Shown here piece after piece: positions 1 to 10,600 of a stretch of DNA of 64,000 nt. The DNA lies in NCBI GenBank assembly GCA_036376495.1, contig DASVAE010000021.1, forward strand, positions 3,845 through 67,844, read 5' to 3'. Position 1 is the stretch's first letter. Every line of letters starts with the position of its first letter. A program made the translations under genes and the position numbers. The notes below the pieces were generated by a model. That model saw only the letters and a list, made by a program, of their open reading frames with translations. It did no database searches and was not told the DNA's origin. The stretch is from Candidatus Sulfotelmatobacter sp. (GTDB lineage Bacteria; Acidobacteriota; Terriglobia; Terriglobales; Acidobacteriaceae).

Positions 1-330
1 GACGGGACCGAGTTGATGAACTCCGCGCGCCCACCGCAGGATGGCAATTTCTGCATGGGCATCTGGAAGAAAGTAGGAATAAATAAGTACAAGCTGAATC
101 ACTTCGCGTGGCTGGGAAACGACACCAGCAATGCGCCAGGCGGCATTGGAAACCCTACCGGTCCGACGCGGATTGTTGAAAACATAACCTTGAGCCCCGA
201 TGGGAAGCACTACACCGGTACATTCACGCTGGATGCTTACGACCCTCTAGGGAATTCGGTTGCTCACATCCTAGGTGTGATCGCCGGAACGCGAATTACC
301 TTGAAGACGACCGTCGCTGACATATTGTGA
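1..330 (+). CDS. C-terminal part of a hypothetical protein; the 5' end lies outside the window
   Basis: The frame is open from nt 1 with no stop before TGA 328-330. The ORF track lists 13..330. I recognise no family motif. Confidence 0.4.
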   Translation, partial: DGTELMNSARPPQDGNFCMGIWKKVGINKYKLNHFAWLGNDTSNAPGGIGNPTGPTRIVENITLSPDGKHYTGTFTLDAYDPLGNSVAHILGVIAGTRITLKTTVADIL

Positions 331-1160
331 GGTCAGGATCGGCACGGGAGAGCTGCATTATTAAGGATTGGAATAACTATTGTTACGGGCGCGGGGCGCT
401 GTGTCTGACCTTCGACCCGATGTCGTCCACCGAGTTTAGCTGGAAAGTCGGGCACTAGCGTGGATAACATCGGGGCAGAAGCTTTGGTGACAGCCCCCCA
501 GGTGGCGCTGTAGCTAGCTGTTCACAATGGATTCGTCCTTGACTTGCAGTCGACAAACTCCGATCGGACTCAGGTGTTCATGCCAAAATAGACCGCGAAC
601 GACATAGGTTGTCTTGCTTTGCTTTGAGGCGTTGGAGTTCTTCAGTGAGACTCTGAATGTTTGTGGCGGAAGGTTCCAACGTCCCACTTTTCATATCTTT
701 CGCCCGGCCACTCTTCCCTTTTTGGAAGAGAACTTCTTCGCTTCCCAAGTTGCTGGTCAGTTGTTCCAGGTCGCCGCTCTCTTTCATTCCTCGTAACAGA
801 GTTAGACAGTGCAGCGATGACTCACACTCCACAGTGATTTGTTAGATCTTACGATTGTGAACTTTGCTTTAAAGAGGAAGACGTAATCGCACTACGAAAG
901 GCAGTATTGCGAAAGATCTCCGCGCCTTATTTTGTTGAGGCATTCAATGTCTTAACAGATTGCGCATACTTCGATGTGCTCGCCGACACTACCCGTCCGC
1001 AACAAAACGTAGTCCATGTTTGTGCTTTGCACGCACCATCGTCAGAGGCTCACCGAGGGTACGTCAGTGACTTTGGCCACCATCTTGCACTGATTGCGCG
1101 TATCGGATTCACGTACGCAGAGATGTTGCAAGCTACAGATATCTGCGTTCGGAGGCGTTC

Positions 1161-4100
1161 ATGTCAGAGAATCTTCGCAACCACAGTAGAGCGATGATGA
1201 CCATTGTTGTCGTGCTGCTCGCTACCGCATTGACGTTCGGACAAGGCATTGTAACTGGATCAATTTCTGGAACCGTATTGGACCCCCAAGGTGCCACGGT
1301 CGCTGGTGCCGATGTTCACGCTACGCAGATGGAGACCAATCGCACCTTCAGTACCACGAGTTCTAACGGGGGAGTAATTCAACTCCCGTCGTTGCCGCCG
1401 GGCACTTACAAAGTTGGAGTTTCGGCGAAAGGCTTTTCGCAGTATTCGGCGCAAAACGTTATCGTCGTAGTTGGCAAGGATTCCGCCCTCGGACCTATCC
1501 GGCTTAGCCTGGGGAATACTACTGAGACGATCACCGTCGAGGGGTCCGCGCCCTTGGTCGAGAGTACCACTGACCAACTCTCACAGACATTTACAACTCA
1601 GGAAGTGGCAAGTGTGCCGCTCGGCAATACGTACGATTCTTTCGTCCTTTTCACGCCGGGTGTTGCTACTGTCGGCAGCGGGGGCTTCGAAAATACGAAT
1701 GGCGCAGCGCTATCCATCAACGGTCAGCGCGGACGTTCCAACAATTTCCAGCTGGACGGCCAAAACAATAATGACAACACGATCGGCGGCCCATCATTCT
1801 TTTTCGGCAATCCCGACGCCATCGCCGAGTTGCAAGTAGTCACCAACTTTGACGCCGAATATGGCCGCAACATGGGCGGGGTTGTGAATTACGTCACCAA
1901 GGGAGGCACGAATTCCTTTCACGGCACCGGATATGAATTCTGGCAAGGCAATCACTTCGATTCTCTGCAGAACCAAGAGAAGAGTCCTTTATTTGGTTTC
2001 TGTCCGCCCGGAGTAAGTCCCAATATCGGATGCACGAAGCCTGTAGTACCTCAGTATGTGCAGAACCAATTCGGCGGGACGATTGGTGGCCCGATCAGGC
2101 GGGACAAGGTTTGGTTCTTCGGTTCGGCAAATTTCCAGCGTAATCGCTCGGCGGGCTCCCCAATCTTTTCCAATGGAGCTCTTACTCCCGATGCAACAGG
2201 CATTCAGCAGTTGCAGACCGCGTTTCCGAACGATCCTGCAGTCGAAGCGCTTGCGCAGTTCGGGCCGGCAACTCTCAAGATAGGAAACCCTACCTTTAGC
2301 AATCTTCAGAACGTCCCTGTTACCGGCCCGGGCGGGGTAACGGTGCCGGTCGAGGAGGGTAACCTGACCCGTTCCCTGTCACAGCCCTTCAATGACTACG
2401 AAGGAACTGGACGTGTCGATTTTCAATTGACCAACAAGGATCGTTTCTTCGCACGTTATCTTTTTCAACAGCAGGGGCAGTCGAACCTTCCGATCGGTGG
2501 AGCGGCTGGTGCGCAGGGGCAGATTTACACTGTCTATGGTCGCAATCAACAAATCGGTTTGGATCTGACCCACACGTTCAATCCTTCGCTGCTGAACCAG
2601 GTTCGCTTCAGTTACTCTCGCGCAGTTTCGGAATTCGATAAGGGAGGCTTCCCCAGTTGCCTCTTGTCGAATCAGGGCGTTTGTCCGCCTCAGATCGCGA
2701 TTCTTGATCCCACCGCCTTGGGCGTCGGTCAGCTCCTGGTGTTTCCTCAGGGCCGCATCATCAATAACTACGAGGTGCAAGACAATGCCTCTCTGGTTCA
2801 TGGCAAGCACGTGGTGAAGTGGGGCGGCTCCTACGATCGGCAACGTTCGCCCAACTTCGGCCTGTTCGAGCAGAATGGGTTCTTCATCTATTCGGACTTC
2901 AACTCATTCATCCAGAACACGCCGCTGCAGACGCAGGTTGCATACGGGCAGAATGTGCTGCGTTTCAAGGAAAACGACGTCGCTTTGTACTTTCAGGATG
3001 ATTGGAGACTTAAAGACAATCTCACGGTCAATTTGGGATTGCGATGGGAGTTTTATCAGCAGGCCGGCAACTTACTGCACGACCAGAGTGTGGCTCAGCA
3101 AGAGGGCTCCAACGCGCTCTGGGACAAGTCGCTACCCCTGAGCTTGACCACGGTGCCACACATTCCCAACCATTATCGTAATTTTGCTCCGGTGGCGGGC
3201 TTCGCTTGGACGCCGCATATGTTGCCTCGTCTGCTCGGTGCCAATCAGACGGTCGTTCGTGGGGGCTTCCGCATTGCCTATGACGTCAGCTACTACAACC
3301 TGCAGAGCAACATTGGTGGAACTTCTCCGTTTACTAACCTCGCCACCATCACGGACGCAACAGGGGCGCCCGCGGGCTTGCCAAATGTTCCTACCCTCGA
3401 CGGCGCTAGCATCGGGGCCGCACTGTTCCCGTTGGCGCCAAAGGGTAATCCGGGTTTTGCCACAGAACTTCAGTTCGGCCCACGCTTCCGCAATCCATAT
3501 TCCGAACAGTGGAACCTGGGCGTGCAGCGACAGATCGGCAGCCGGATGGCGGCTGAAGTTCGCTACGTGGGCAATCACGGCGTAGGCAATTTTCAGGAAA
3601 TTAATGGCAATCCCGATCTGGCGGCGCTGACCAACAATGGCTTTGGCAAATTCGTTCCTCCGGGTCTGACTGCATGCACCACTCCGGGCTTACCCGGATC
3701 CACTGGATTGGATCAGTTCAACAATCCTGTGGGATATGCCAACTGCAACTTCAGCCGCGTGATCGAGTATGCCAACACTGGATATTCGATCTATCACGGA
3801 CTGCAGAGCCAGTTCCGCCTGCAGAACTGGCATGGTTTTACCGGGCAAGTTTCCTATACTTTCAGCAAGACGATTGACAACGCCTCCGAGGCGTTCTCAT
3901 CGCTCTCGGGCCTGGGGACGCTCTTCAACCTCTCGCAAAGCCCCTTCGACGTCAGTAAAGCGGAACGCGCAGTTAGCAGTTACGACTATCCCCACGTCTT
4001 TGGCTTGCTGTGGGTTTACGATTTGCCTCTTGGGCATCAACAGGCTGGTCTGCTAGGACACTTGCTGGGCGGGTGGCAAATAAACGGCACGTATCGTTAC

Positions 4101-4673
4101 ACCAGTGGCCAGCCATGGACGGTCGTGCAGAACTCAGGTCAGGGATTGTGTGATCCAACCGACTTCACCGGGGGCACGCTCGACACCTGCCGTCCTATTC
4201 TGAGCAGCGCAAGCGCACCTTTCAACTCTGTCGGAATTTGTGGCAGTGCCAGCGCTCCAGACTGCGGGATCACAAACTTAACTACCGCTGCCGCCACAAG
4301 CTTGAGCCAGGTCCACTGGATCGTTAACAACATCGCCGCTGAACAATTTTTTGGATCACCGTTCATCGGTGTCGGCCGAAACACCGAGCGAGGTCAGCCC
4401 GTCAACACAATCAACATGGCGGTCTTCAAGAATACGAAGATCACCGAGCGCCTTACGATCCAACTACAAGCCCAGGCATTCAACCTGTTCAACCATCAGT
4501 GGCTTGGCATTCCGAATGTGAATGTGGATTCGGCGAACATCGGCGGAGTCAACCAGTTCGGTAGCCTGTCGTATAACCCGAATGGAGGGGACAGCAACTT
4601 CGGTACTGCCAACATCGTCAATGACGGCATTGGCCGTCGGCGACTGCAGTTCGGAGCAAAGATTATCTTCTAG
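1161..4673 (+). CDS. TonB-dependent outer-membrane receptor with N-terminal carboxypeptidase-regulatory-like domain (1170 aa)
   Basis: GGAGG lies 5 nt upstream of the ATG. There is a signal peptide (MMTIVVVLLATALTFGQG), a CarboxypepD_reg-like start (GSISGTVLDPQGATVAGADV...PGTYKV), and a plug-like NGQRGRSNNFQLDGQNNND. The C-terminal barrel signature RRLQFGAKIIF ends in Phe. Confidence 0.85.
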   Translation: MSENLRNHSRAMMTIVVVLLATALTFGQGIVTGSISGTVLDPQGATVAGADVHATQMETNRTFSTTSSNGGVIQLPSLPPGTYKVGVSAKGFSQYSAQNVIVVVGKDSALGPIRLSLGNTTETITVEGSAPLVESTTDQLSQTFTTQEVASVPLGNTYDSFVLFTPGVATVGSGGFENTNGAALSINGQRGRSNNFQLDGQNNNDNTIGGPSFFFGNPDAIAELQVVTNFDAEYGRNMGGVVNYVTKGGTNSFHGTGYEFWQGNHFDSLQNQEKSPLFGFCPPGVSPNIGCTKPVVPQYVQNQFGGTIGGPIRRDKVWFFGSANFQRNRSAGSPIFSNGALTPDATGIQQLQTAFPNDPAVEALAQFGPATLKIGNPTFSNLQNVPVTGPGGVTVPVEEGNLTRSLSQPFNDYEGTGRVDFQLTNKDRFFARYLFQQQGQSNLPIGGAAGAQGQIYTVYGRNQQIGLDLTHTFNPSLLNQVRFSYSRAVSEFDKGGFPSCLLSNQGVCPPQIAILDPTALGVGQLLVFPQGRIINNYEVQDNASLVHGKHVVKWGGSYDRQRSPNFGLFEQNGFFIYSDFNSFIQNTPLQTQVAYGQNVLRFKENDVALYFQDDWRLKDNLTVNLGLRWEFYQQAGNLLHDQSVAQQEGSNALWDKSLPLSLTTVPHIPNHYRNFAPVAGFAWTPHMLPRLLGANQTVVRGGFRIAYDVSYYNLQSNIGGTSPFTNLATITDATGAPAGLPNVPTLDGASIGAALFPLAPKGNPGFATELQFGPRFRNPYSEQWNLGVQRQIGSRMAAEVRYVGNHGVGNFQEINGNPDLAALTNNGFGKFVPPGLTACTTPGLPGSTGLDQFNNPVGYANCNFSRVIEYANTGYSIYHGLQSQFRLQNWHGFTGQVSYTFSKTIDNASEAFSSLSGLGTLFNLSQSPFDVSKAERAVSSYDYPHVFGLLWVYDLPLGHQQAGLLGHLLGGWQINGTYRYTSGQPWTVVQNSGQGLCDPTDFTGGTLDTCRPILSSASAPFNSVGICGSASAPDCGITNLTTAAATSLSQVHWIVNNIAAEQFFGSPFIGVGRNTERGQPVNTINMAVFKNTKITERLTIQLQAQAFNLFNHQWLGIPNVNVDSANIGGVNQFGSLSYNPNGGDSNFGTANIVNDGIGRRRLQFGAKIIF

Positions 4674-4990
4674 AGCGCGCGACGAACGGGGGTGGGGTAT
4701 AGGATCACAATGCCTAGCGCATTGAGATGGGGGGAGAGTCGATGCGCAAGAAACGCAATGCGACTCCGGAGGAGAACGACGAGAAGAAGGAATGAAGTTG
4801 TAAGAGATTGACCTCGACTTTGCGAACGGTGTTGGCGCGAGCTCTATCGGACACGAACTGGTGAAGACGGGGTATTTTGATCGATTTCTCACCACTCTTC
4901 CCGGGAGGGGCTACCAAGTGTGTTCTGTTTTCAGAACTCGACCATCGCTCTGTCACACTTATCGAACCCTGATGGCAGGCGAGGTGGAGT

Positions 4991-6319
4991 TTAAGGGACC
5001 AGATCACCCTTGAAGCGGTCATAATACAGGGCAGCCGGCGTTCCGCTGGGATCGTGATCGAGTCTGACGTGTTCCCAGTATGAGCGATCGACCCATTCGT
5101 CTACACCGATCGGGATGAGCGGCGACAGGTTTCCGTTGGGCCAGCGCAGAAACGTATCACCGTTGCGACTGAACATCGTCATCTCCGCGTTCGGTTGATA
5201 AAAATCAACCGGAAAGCGGAAATGTAGAGAGCGCTCAATCGGCTTGGGAGCTTTCGCCAGCAGGTGAAACGTCTCGTGCGGAAGACCAAGAGCAATGCGA
5301 GCGAGCCCGTCGCCAATCTCTGAGGGTGCGGAGGAGTAAATGTTACTGAAAACGATGACGGTGAGGGGTTCTCGGGGTATCTGCAGTACGTAGGAGGCGA
5401 AACCGGGAGAGTGGCCGTTCATATAGTACGTCGGCGCGCCAAATTCCTGGCTGTCGGAGCGAAACCATCCATAACCAACCCGCGGCGTGGTTTCGAGTAA
5501 GCGACCGTGCATCGGCGAGTGGAGGAATTTGCCATCGAAAAGCGCATGTACGAGTCGAAGCTCGTCTAAAGTCGTGGTGACGATGGAAGCATTTCCAACT
5601 TTCGCTGACCAATGGATCGCAGGCACGGGTTCGAGGTCGGCAACGCCGTTTGGCTGATACCCATGGGCGGCGGAAGGCGACGCGGTACCGTCGTCATCCG
5701 CGTAGGTTGCTTTAAGGCTCAGTGGCCGCAAGAGAATTTCTTCGAGAGCCTGGGGAAATGCGTGTCCGGTCTTTTTTTCGAGCAAGAGCGCAAGCACGTT
5801 GAATGCCGAGTGTTCTTCGCGTGCGTGCTTCGTACCAGGAGGGAATGAGAGCGAATGTCCATCGATCTGCGCGACCAGTGAAGCGGGAGTCTGATGATGC
5901 TGCAGGACCTCGCCATAGTCCGAGTGCGAGTTGATGTCATCGAGTCCGGACTGCTGCAGCAAGAGATCGGCTACCGTCATCTTTTCTGCGCCGGGAGTCT
6001 TGGGGAGCAGATTTCCAATGGTAGTTTCCAGCGTGAGTTTATGTTGGTCAATGAGACGGAGAACGGCGGCAGAGGTGTACTGCATTGACACGGACGCGAT
6101 ATGAAACTGCGTCGTGTCGCCATTGCTGCGCTTGTGCTCGCGGTCGAGATATCCGTAGGAGCGTTGGAAGATGACCTTGCCATGGTGCTCGATTAGTACA
6201 TTTCCCGAGAAGTTGTTGCTCGCAACGTAAGGGCGGATGAAGCTGTCGAACTCGTTAGGCGTTTGCGCGTAGGTCGCGCCCGCCAGTATCAGCCAGGCCG
6301 TGAGGACGCGGAGAAACAT
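4991..6319 (-). CDS. Exported beta-lactamase-fold (serine-hydrolase-like) protein with degenerate catalytic motifs
   Basis: The ORF track gives 4991..6403. Met at 6319 starts a signal peptide (MFLRVLTAWLILAGATYAQ). The family pattern is FHIASVSMQYTSAAVLRLIDQHKLTLE...LLLQQSGL...PPGT. SxxK reads S-V-S-M. Confidence 0.7.
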   Translation of the reverse strand: MFLRVLTAWLILAGATYAQTPNEFDSFIRPYVASNNFSGNVLIEHHGKVIFQRSYGYLDREHKRSNGDTTQFHIASVSMQYTSAAVLRLIDQHKLTLETTIGNLLPKTPGAEKMTVADLLLQQSGLDDINSHSDYGEVLQHHQTPASLVAQIDGHSLSFPPGTKHAREEHSAFNVLALLLEKKTGHAFPQALEEILLRPLSLKATYADDDGTASPSAAHGYQPNGVADLEPVPAIHWSAKVGNASIVTTTLDELRLVHALFDGKFLHSPMHGRLLETTPRVGYGWFRSDSQEFGAPTYYMNGHSPGFASYVLQIPREPLTVIVFSNIYSSAPSEIGDGLARIALGLPHETFHLLAKAPKPIERSLHFRFPVDFYQPNAEMTMFSRNGDTFLRWPNGNLSPLIPIGVDEWVDRSYWEHVRLDHDPSGTPAALYYDRFKGDLVP

Positions 6320-6433
6320 GGCCAGCGAATGATAGCAGGCGTTAGCACAAGCTTGCGCCGTCCTGTTCGCCTTCGAGTGCCGTTCGGGCATTTCCTCGGC
6401 CACATACCGATCAAGGAGAGCCCCGAAAGGAAT

Positions 6434-6643
6434 TCATCGGGAGTTTGGGTTATCGGAGTTGGCTGTGAGCTGCAGGTGCTCACACGCCTTGAGCACTTTC
6501 GCCTTCGTCGGAAATTCATGGAACGTTCCGATGATCTCACTGCGGCGATTCACCTTACCTGCCGGACCATATTCGCGCCAGTGGTAAACCCAGACGTCAG
6601 GTCCGTTTTGCGCCTGGGCAAGAGCGGCAGGTTTCCTCAGCAT
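6434..6643 (-). pseudogene. Possible N-terminal remnant of a tyrosine recombinase (phage-type integrase)
   Basis: The 69-aa ORF contains VWVYHWREYGPAGKVNRRSEIIGTFHEFPTKAKVLKA. This resembles the arm-binding N-terminus pattern (W.YRWRE..G.R....IG......T...A) of integrases. It stops after about 70 aa with no catalytic domain. Confidence 0.3.
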
Positions 6644-6714
6644 GTTGCTGCCCGCTGATGACGTATCATCTCCTTAGGTCATGGGAGGGATGATTCCGCT
6701 CACGACGGTTCTTC

Positions 6715-7017
6715 ATGCAAGGGATGCCCCAGAAAACAACAAGTAAGATTGCGCGGAAGCTCACCGAGAGTGAGCAAGAATTGCTCGCCAGTATGGCGCA
6801 GGGCTATCAGCTTGAGACGGATTCCCTCGGTGGCAACCCAGTTCTCCGGCGCTTGAAAGACGACGAAGTGTTGCGCGCGGCAGACGCGAATGCCAGCACC
6901 GTGAAGGCATTGGAACAGCAAGGGCTGATCGAGCGGGAAGAAAGTGGCGATCCGCTCACAATCGCCTGGCGTTTGACCTCTGGGAAGACTCCACCCACGA
7001 AAGCGAAGCGCCGATGA
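6715..7017 (+). CDS. Hypothetical small protein (100 aa), possibly winged-helix-like
   Basis: The ORF is 4-nt coupled (ATGA) to the next ORF. The segment STVKALEQQGLIEREE resembles a wHTH recognition helix/wing. There is a basic C-terminus. Confidence 0.4.
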   Translation: MQGMPQKTTSKIARKLTESEQELLASMAQGYQLETDSLGGNPVLRRLKDDEVLRAADANASTVKALEQQGLIEREESGDPLTIAWRLTSGKTPPTKAKRR

Positions 7018-7211
7018 AAAAGCCCACGATTCGCGTAACGAAATGGCTCGGTGACATTCCCGTCGAAGCCACTTGCACTGCGTGCCCTACGATCGCGTTC
7101 CAAGCGCAAGGGTCCAGTCATCGGCCAAGTCGTGAAGAGTACCAGAAATTTCTGCAGTCCCAGTTTGATCTTCACTATAAAGCGAAGCACGCTTCAGGTC
7201 TGAAGCAGTAG
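7014..7211 (+). CDS. Hypothetical small protein (65 aa)
   Basis: Its start overlaps the stop of 6715..7017 (ATGA). It contains a CxxC (CTAC). I recognise no family. Confidence 0.35.
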   Translation: MKKPTIRVTKWLGDIPVEATCTACPTIAFQAQGSSHRPSREEYQKFLQSQFDLHYKAKHASGLKQ

Positions 7212-7608
7212 ACCGCGTTGCGAATTCAAAGCACGGCGAAGGCGGTCCGTCTAGCCGCCGCGCTCAGCCAGGAGGGATCATTGTCAGGCAAAATCTCACA
7301 CGGCCGCCCACCCGGAATGAGGGAATTGTGCCCAGTTCCTCTCACCCGTTCTTTGTTTAACGCTTCTAGGCAGGTCGAACCGGACTCGCCGGTGGGCTGA
7401 GACCCCCCTGGCACCTTACTTCATCCCAGAAAAACGATTTTCTTCTTGACAACTAGTACTGATTCGGTGCGTAATCTCCTCCCGTAGTAGAAAGACACTA
7501 TCCCAAACATCTAGGCGGACTGGGACGGGACCGGGGCGTTCCCTCCCTACGCCGTAGTCCTAAATAACCGTCCTTCAAGAAGTTATCAGCGAATTGGAGA
7601 TAAAGGTT

Positions 7609-10600
7609 ATGTTGAAAACGTTGAAGTTAGCGGCGGGTGTGGCCTGTCTGATCACGTTGCTCGTGGGCGTGAACCTGTGGGGACAGGGCATTTTCGGTAC
7701 GTTGACGGGAGTCGTCACAGATCCTTCACAGTCAGTCGTGCCGGGCGCAAAAATCACCTTGACCGATACGGCCTCGGGTTCCACCCGCGATACGGTGAGC
7801 AATGCCGAGGGATACTACAGCTTCGCATCTGTGCCCGTAGGCACCTACTCGTTGTCGGTCGAAGCCGCGAATTTTGAGAGTTTCAAAGCGCAGGACGTTC
7901 GGCTGGGCGGCGGCGAACGGCGCAACGTCAACGTAACGTTGAAGGTCGGAAGCACGTCTGAGACGGTGGAAGTCAACGCCGAAATGAATTCGATCGCTAC
8001 CCTGGACTCCGGCGAGAAGTCGTTTGCATTGACGACAAAAGAGCTAGAGAACTTTGCCCAGGTGGGCAGCAATGCCGCCGAGTACATCAAGATCGTGCCT
8101 GGGTTTGGCATCACCAATGGAACCCAGAACAAGTCCAACTACAACGGTCAGACCATCGGTATCAATGCCAACGGCGACTCCGGCAGCCAAAGCCCGCTCA
8201 ACGCTGCCTACTCCTATAACGGGCTGCCGGTCAACGTGCTCGACATCACGGCAGACGGCGCGCACGTCTCTGACCCGGGTTGCAACTGTGACACGCCCGT
8301 AAATCCGAATTCTGAATTTCTGCAGGAGTTCAAGGTCCTGACCTCGAACTTCTCCGCCGAGAATCAAAAAGGCCCCATCCTCATCACGTCGGTCTCGAAG
8401 GCAGGCGGCCAGACGTTCCATGGCAGCGCCTTCTTCTCGGCCCGGAACCATGTCCTGAACGCCAACGATTGGCTCCTCAATCACACCCAAACTCAGCAGC
8501 CAGCCAACTCCTATTACTACCCGGGCGGCACTTTTGGTGGGCCAGTCATCATCCCGGGCACCAATTTCAATAAGAGCCGCCAGAAGCTATTCTTCTGGAC
8601 TGGTTTCGAATATTTCCGCCAGACCCTTGATACAGGTTTGCTCCGCGCGACTGTGCCCACGCCCGGAGAGCTAGCGGGAGACTTCTCGCCGGCCGAAATC
8701 AACAAAGAGGGGTTGCCAATCACTGCTTCGGGCAATCCACCTTATCAGCTTACAAGTCAGGCCATTGCTGCTTTCGGGGGCACAACCATTCCTGCCTGTA
8801 CGGGGACTCCGAATGGCGCGTGTATCGATCCCAACATGCTCGCCCTCGCAAAACTGTATCCCGCACCGAATAGGGTGCCGGACGCGAGCAACCAATATAA
8901 CTACGTCCAATCTCAGATTTTCGCCCAGAACAATCGCCAATGGGCCGTTCGCGGAGATTGGAACGTAAGCGCAAGCACGAAGGTATTTGTCCGCTACAAC
9001 TATCAGCGCGAGATTCAGCAGTTCCCGGTCGGCCTCTGGTGGAGAAATGGCGACCAGGTTCCTTATCCTTCTCCTATTCAGGGTAGAAATAAGTCGGATT
9101 CCTGGACAGGAACCGTGACCCACGTGTTCAGTCCGACGATGACCAACGAAACCATCGTCACTTACTCCTTCATCGGCTTCCCCAACGTATTCGCCAATCC
9201 AACCAAGGTCGATCGCAGCCAGGTGGGCTACGGCTATACCGGGTTGTTCAATAACGGCGTGAAGCAGATTCCATCGTTTGGCAACTCCGGAGAGGCCGCT
9301 CTGGTCTTCAATCCCGGCGGCTTCGAGGCCGGAGGCAACTCGCAAGGGCTGTACGCGAATAAATACATGCCTAATGTGAGCGATACGCTCGCAAAGGTTT
9401 ACCGGAATCACACCCTGAAAGTGGGCTTCTTCTGGGAATGGATTCGCAATGCGCAGCCGGCGAACAACAACACTAATGGTAATTTGTCCGTAAATCACAA
9501 CAATGTGTATAGCTGGGGCAATGAGTATGCGGATTTGCTGACTGGCAATCTAAGTGCCTACCAGGAAACAAACTTCAACCGCATCAATGACATCAATTAT
9601 TCCACCTACGAGTTCTTCGGTCAGGATTCATGGAAAGCCACCAGAAAGCTGACGCTGGACTTTGGCGTGCGATTCACGCACTTCACGCCGTGGATCGACG
9701 GGAAGAATTTCGGCTATTCCATCTTTAATCCTTCCCAATATCAGCCTGGCTGCGCGGATGCGCCCACGTTCTGCGGATTCGAGTGGCATTCGAAAAACTC
9801 GTCCGTACCGCTGGGAGGCTTCCCAACGCGAAAACTGTTCTACCAGCCACGGCTCGGCGCTGCCTATGACATGTTCGGAACTGGTAAGACCGTGCTCCGT
9901 GGTGGCTGGGGACGCTTCTACTATCACTCCGGCCAGTTTACCAATGGCCTGGACGCCTCTGCGGGGGTTGCGACGGCCAACATAAGCCCGACAACTTGGG
10001 TTGGTGGACCAGGCTGTCCCACGAATCCTGTAGGCGGTTCCCCTCTGTTCGCTGCGTACCTGTCGTGCCTGAATGTTGCCGCAACACCGGCGGGACCGTC
10101 GGCGGTCGATTCCAGGGATGACAAGCAGCCGTATACCGACAGCTGGAGCTTTACCGTCGCGCAAAGAACACCTTGGCAAGGTCTCCTCGAGGTCGGTTAT
10201 GTAGGAAACCGAAGCCGGGATCTGCCAAGCAGCGGCGGGTTCGGAAGCAATCTCAACCTCGTGCCCGTCGGCGCCATGCTCGGTGCAGTCAATCCTGGCA
10301 ATGCTGATCCCAAGTTCTACCGGCCATTGAACAACCCAATAACAGGAGAAGGTTACGGCGATCTGAACCAGGCCACCAATAACTTGTACGCCGACTACAA
10401 GGCTATGCAGGTCACGTGGGGCCGTCACTTAGGGCGCTACACCATTCAGGCGAACTACACGCTGCAAAAGGCAATGGGCATTCTCAGCGCGAATGCCAAT
10501 GGCCAGCCGAATGGGTCCGCCAGCATCAATCCCTTTAACTTGCAGAGTAACTATGGCGTGCAGCCCACCGATCGCCGGCACTTGTTCAACATTGCCTACT

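Noticed and set aside
4727-4795. Tiny ORF (17-22 aa, MRKKRNATPEENDEKKE) with a strong GGGGAGAG Shine-Dalgarno after the first receptor gene
   Set aside because: It is too short to evaluate without conservation or ribosome-profiling data, and it sits inside a region with competing short ORFs on the other strand.
7240-7345. Cobalamin-riboswitch-like fragments (AGCCAGGAGGG, GGAATGAGGGAATTGTGCC) upstream of the second receptor
   Set aside because: The B12-box-like piece is only a partial match. It also lies 5' of the GGGAA/GGTG-like piece, which is the wrong order for the riboswitch, and no convincing P1-P6 pairing was seen.
7409-7425. TGGCAC-N5-TTCAT sigma54-like motif upstream of the second receptor
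   Set aside because: The -12 element lacks the invariant GC (TTCA instead of TTGC), so it is not supportable as a sigma54 promoter.
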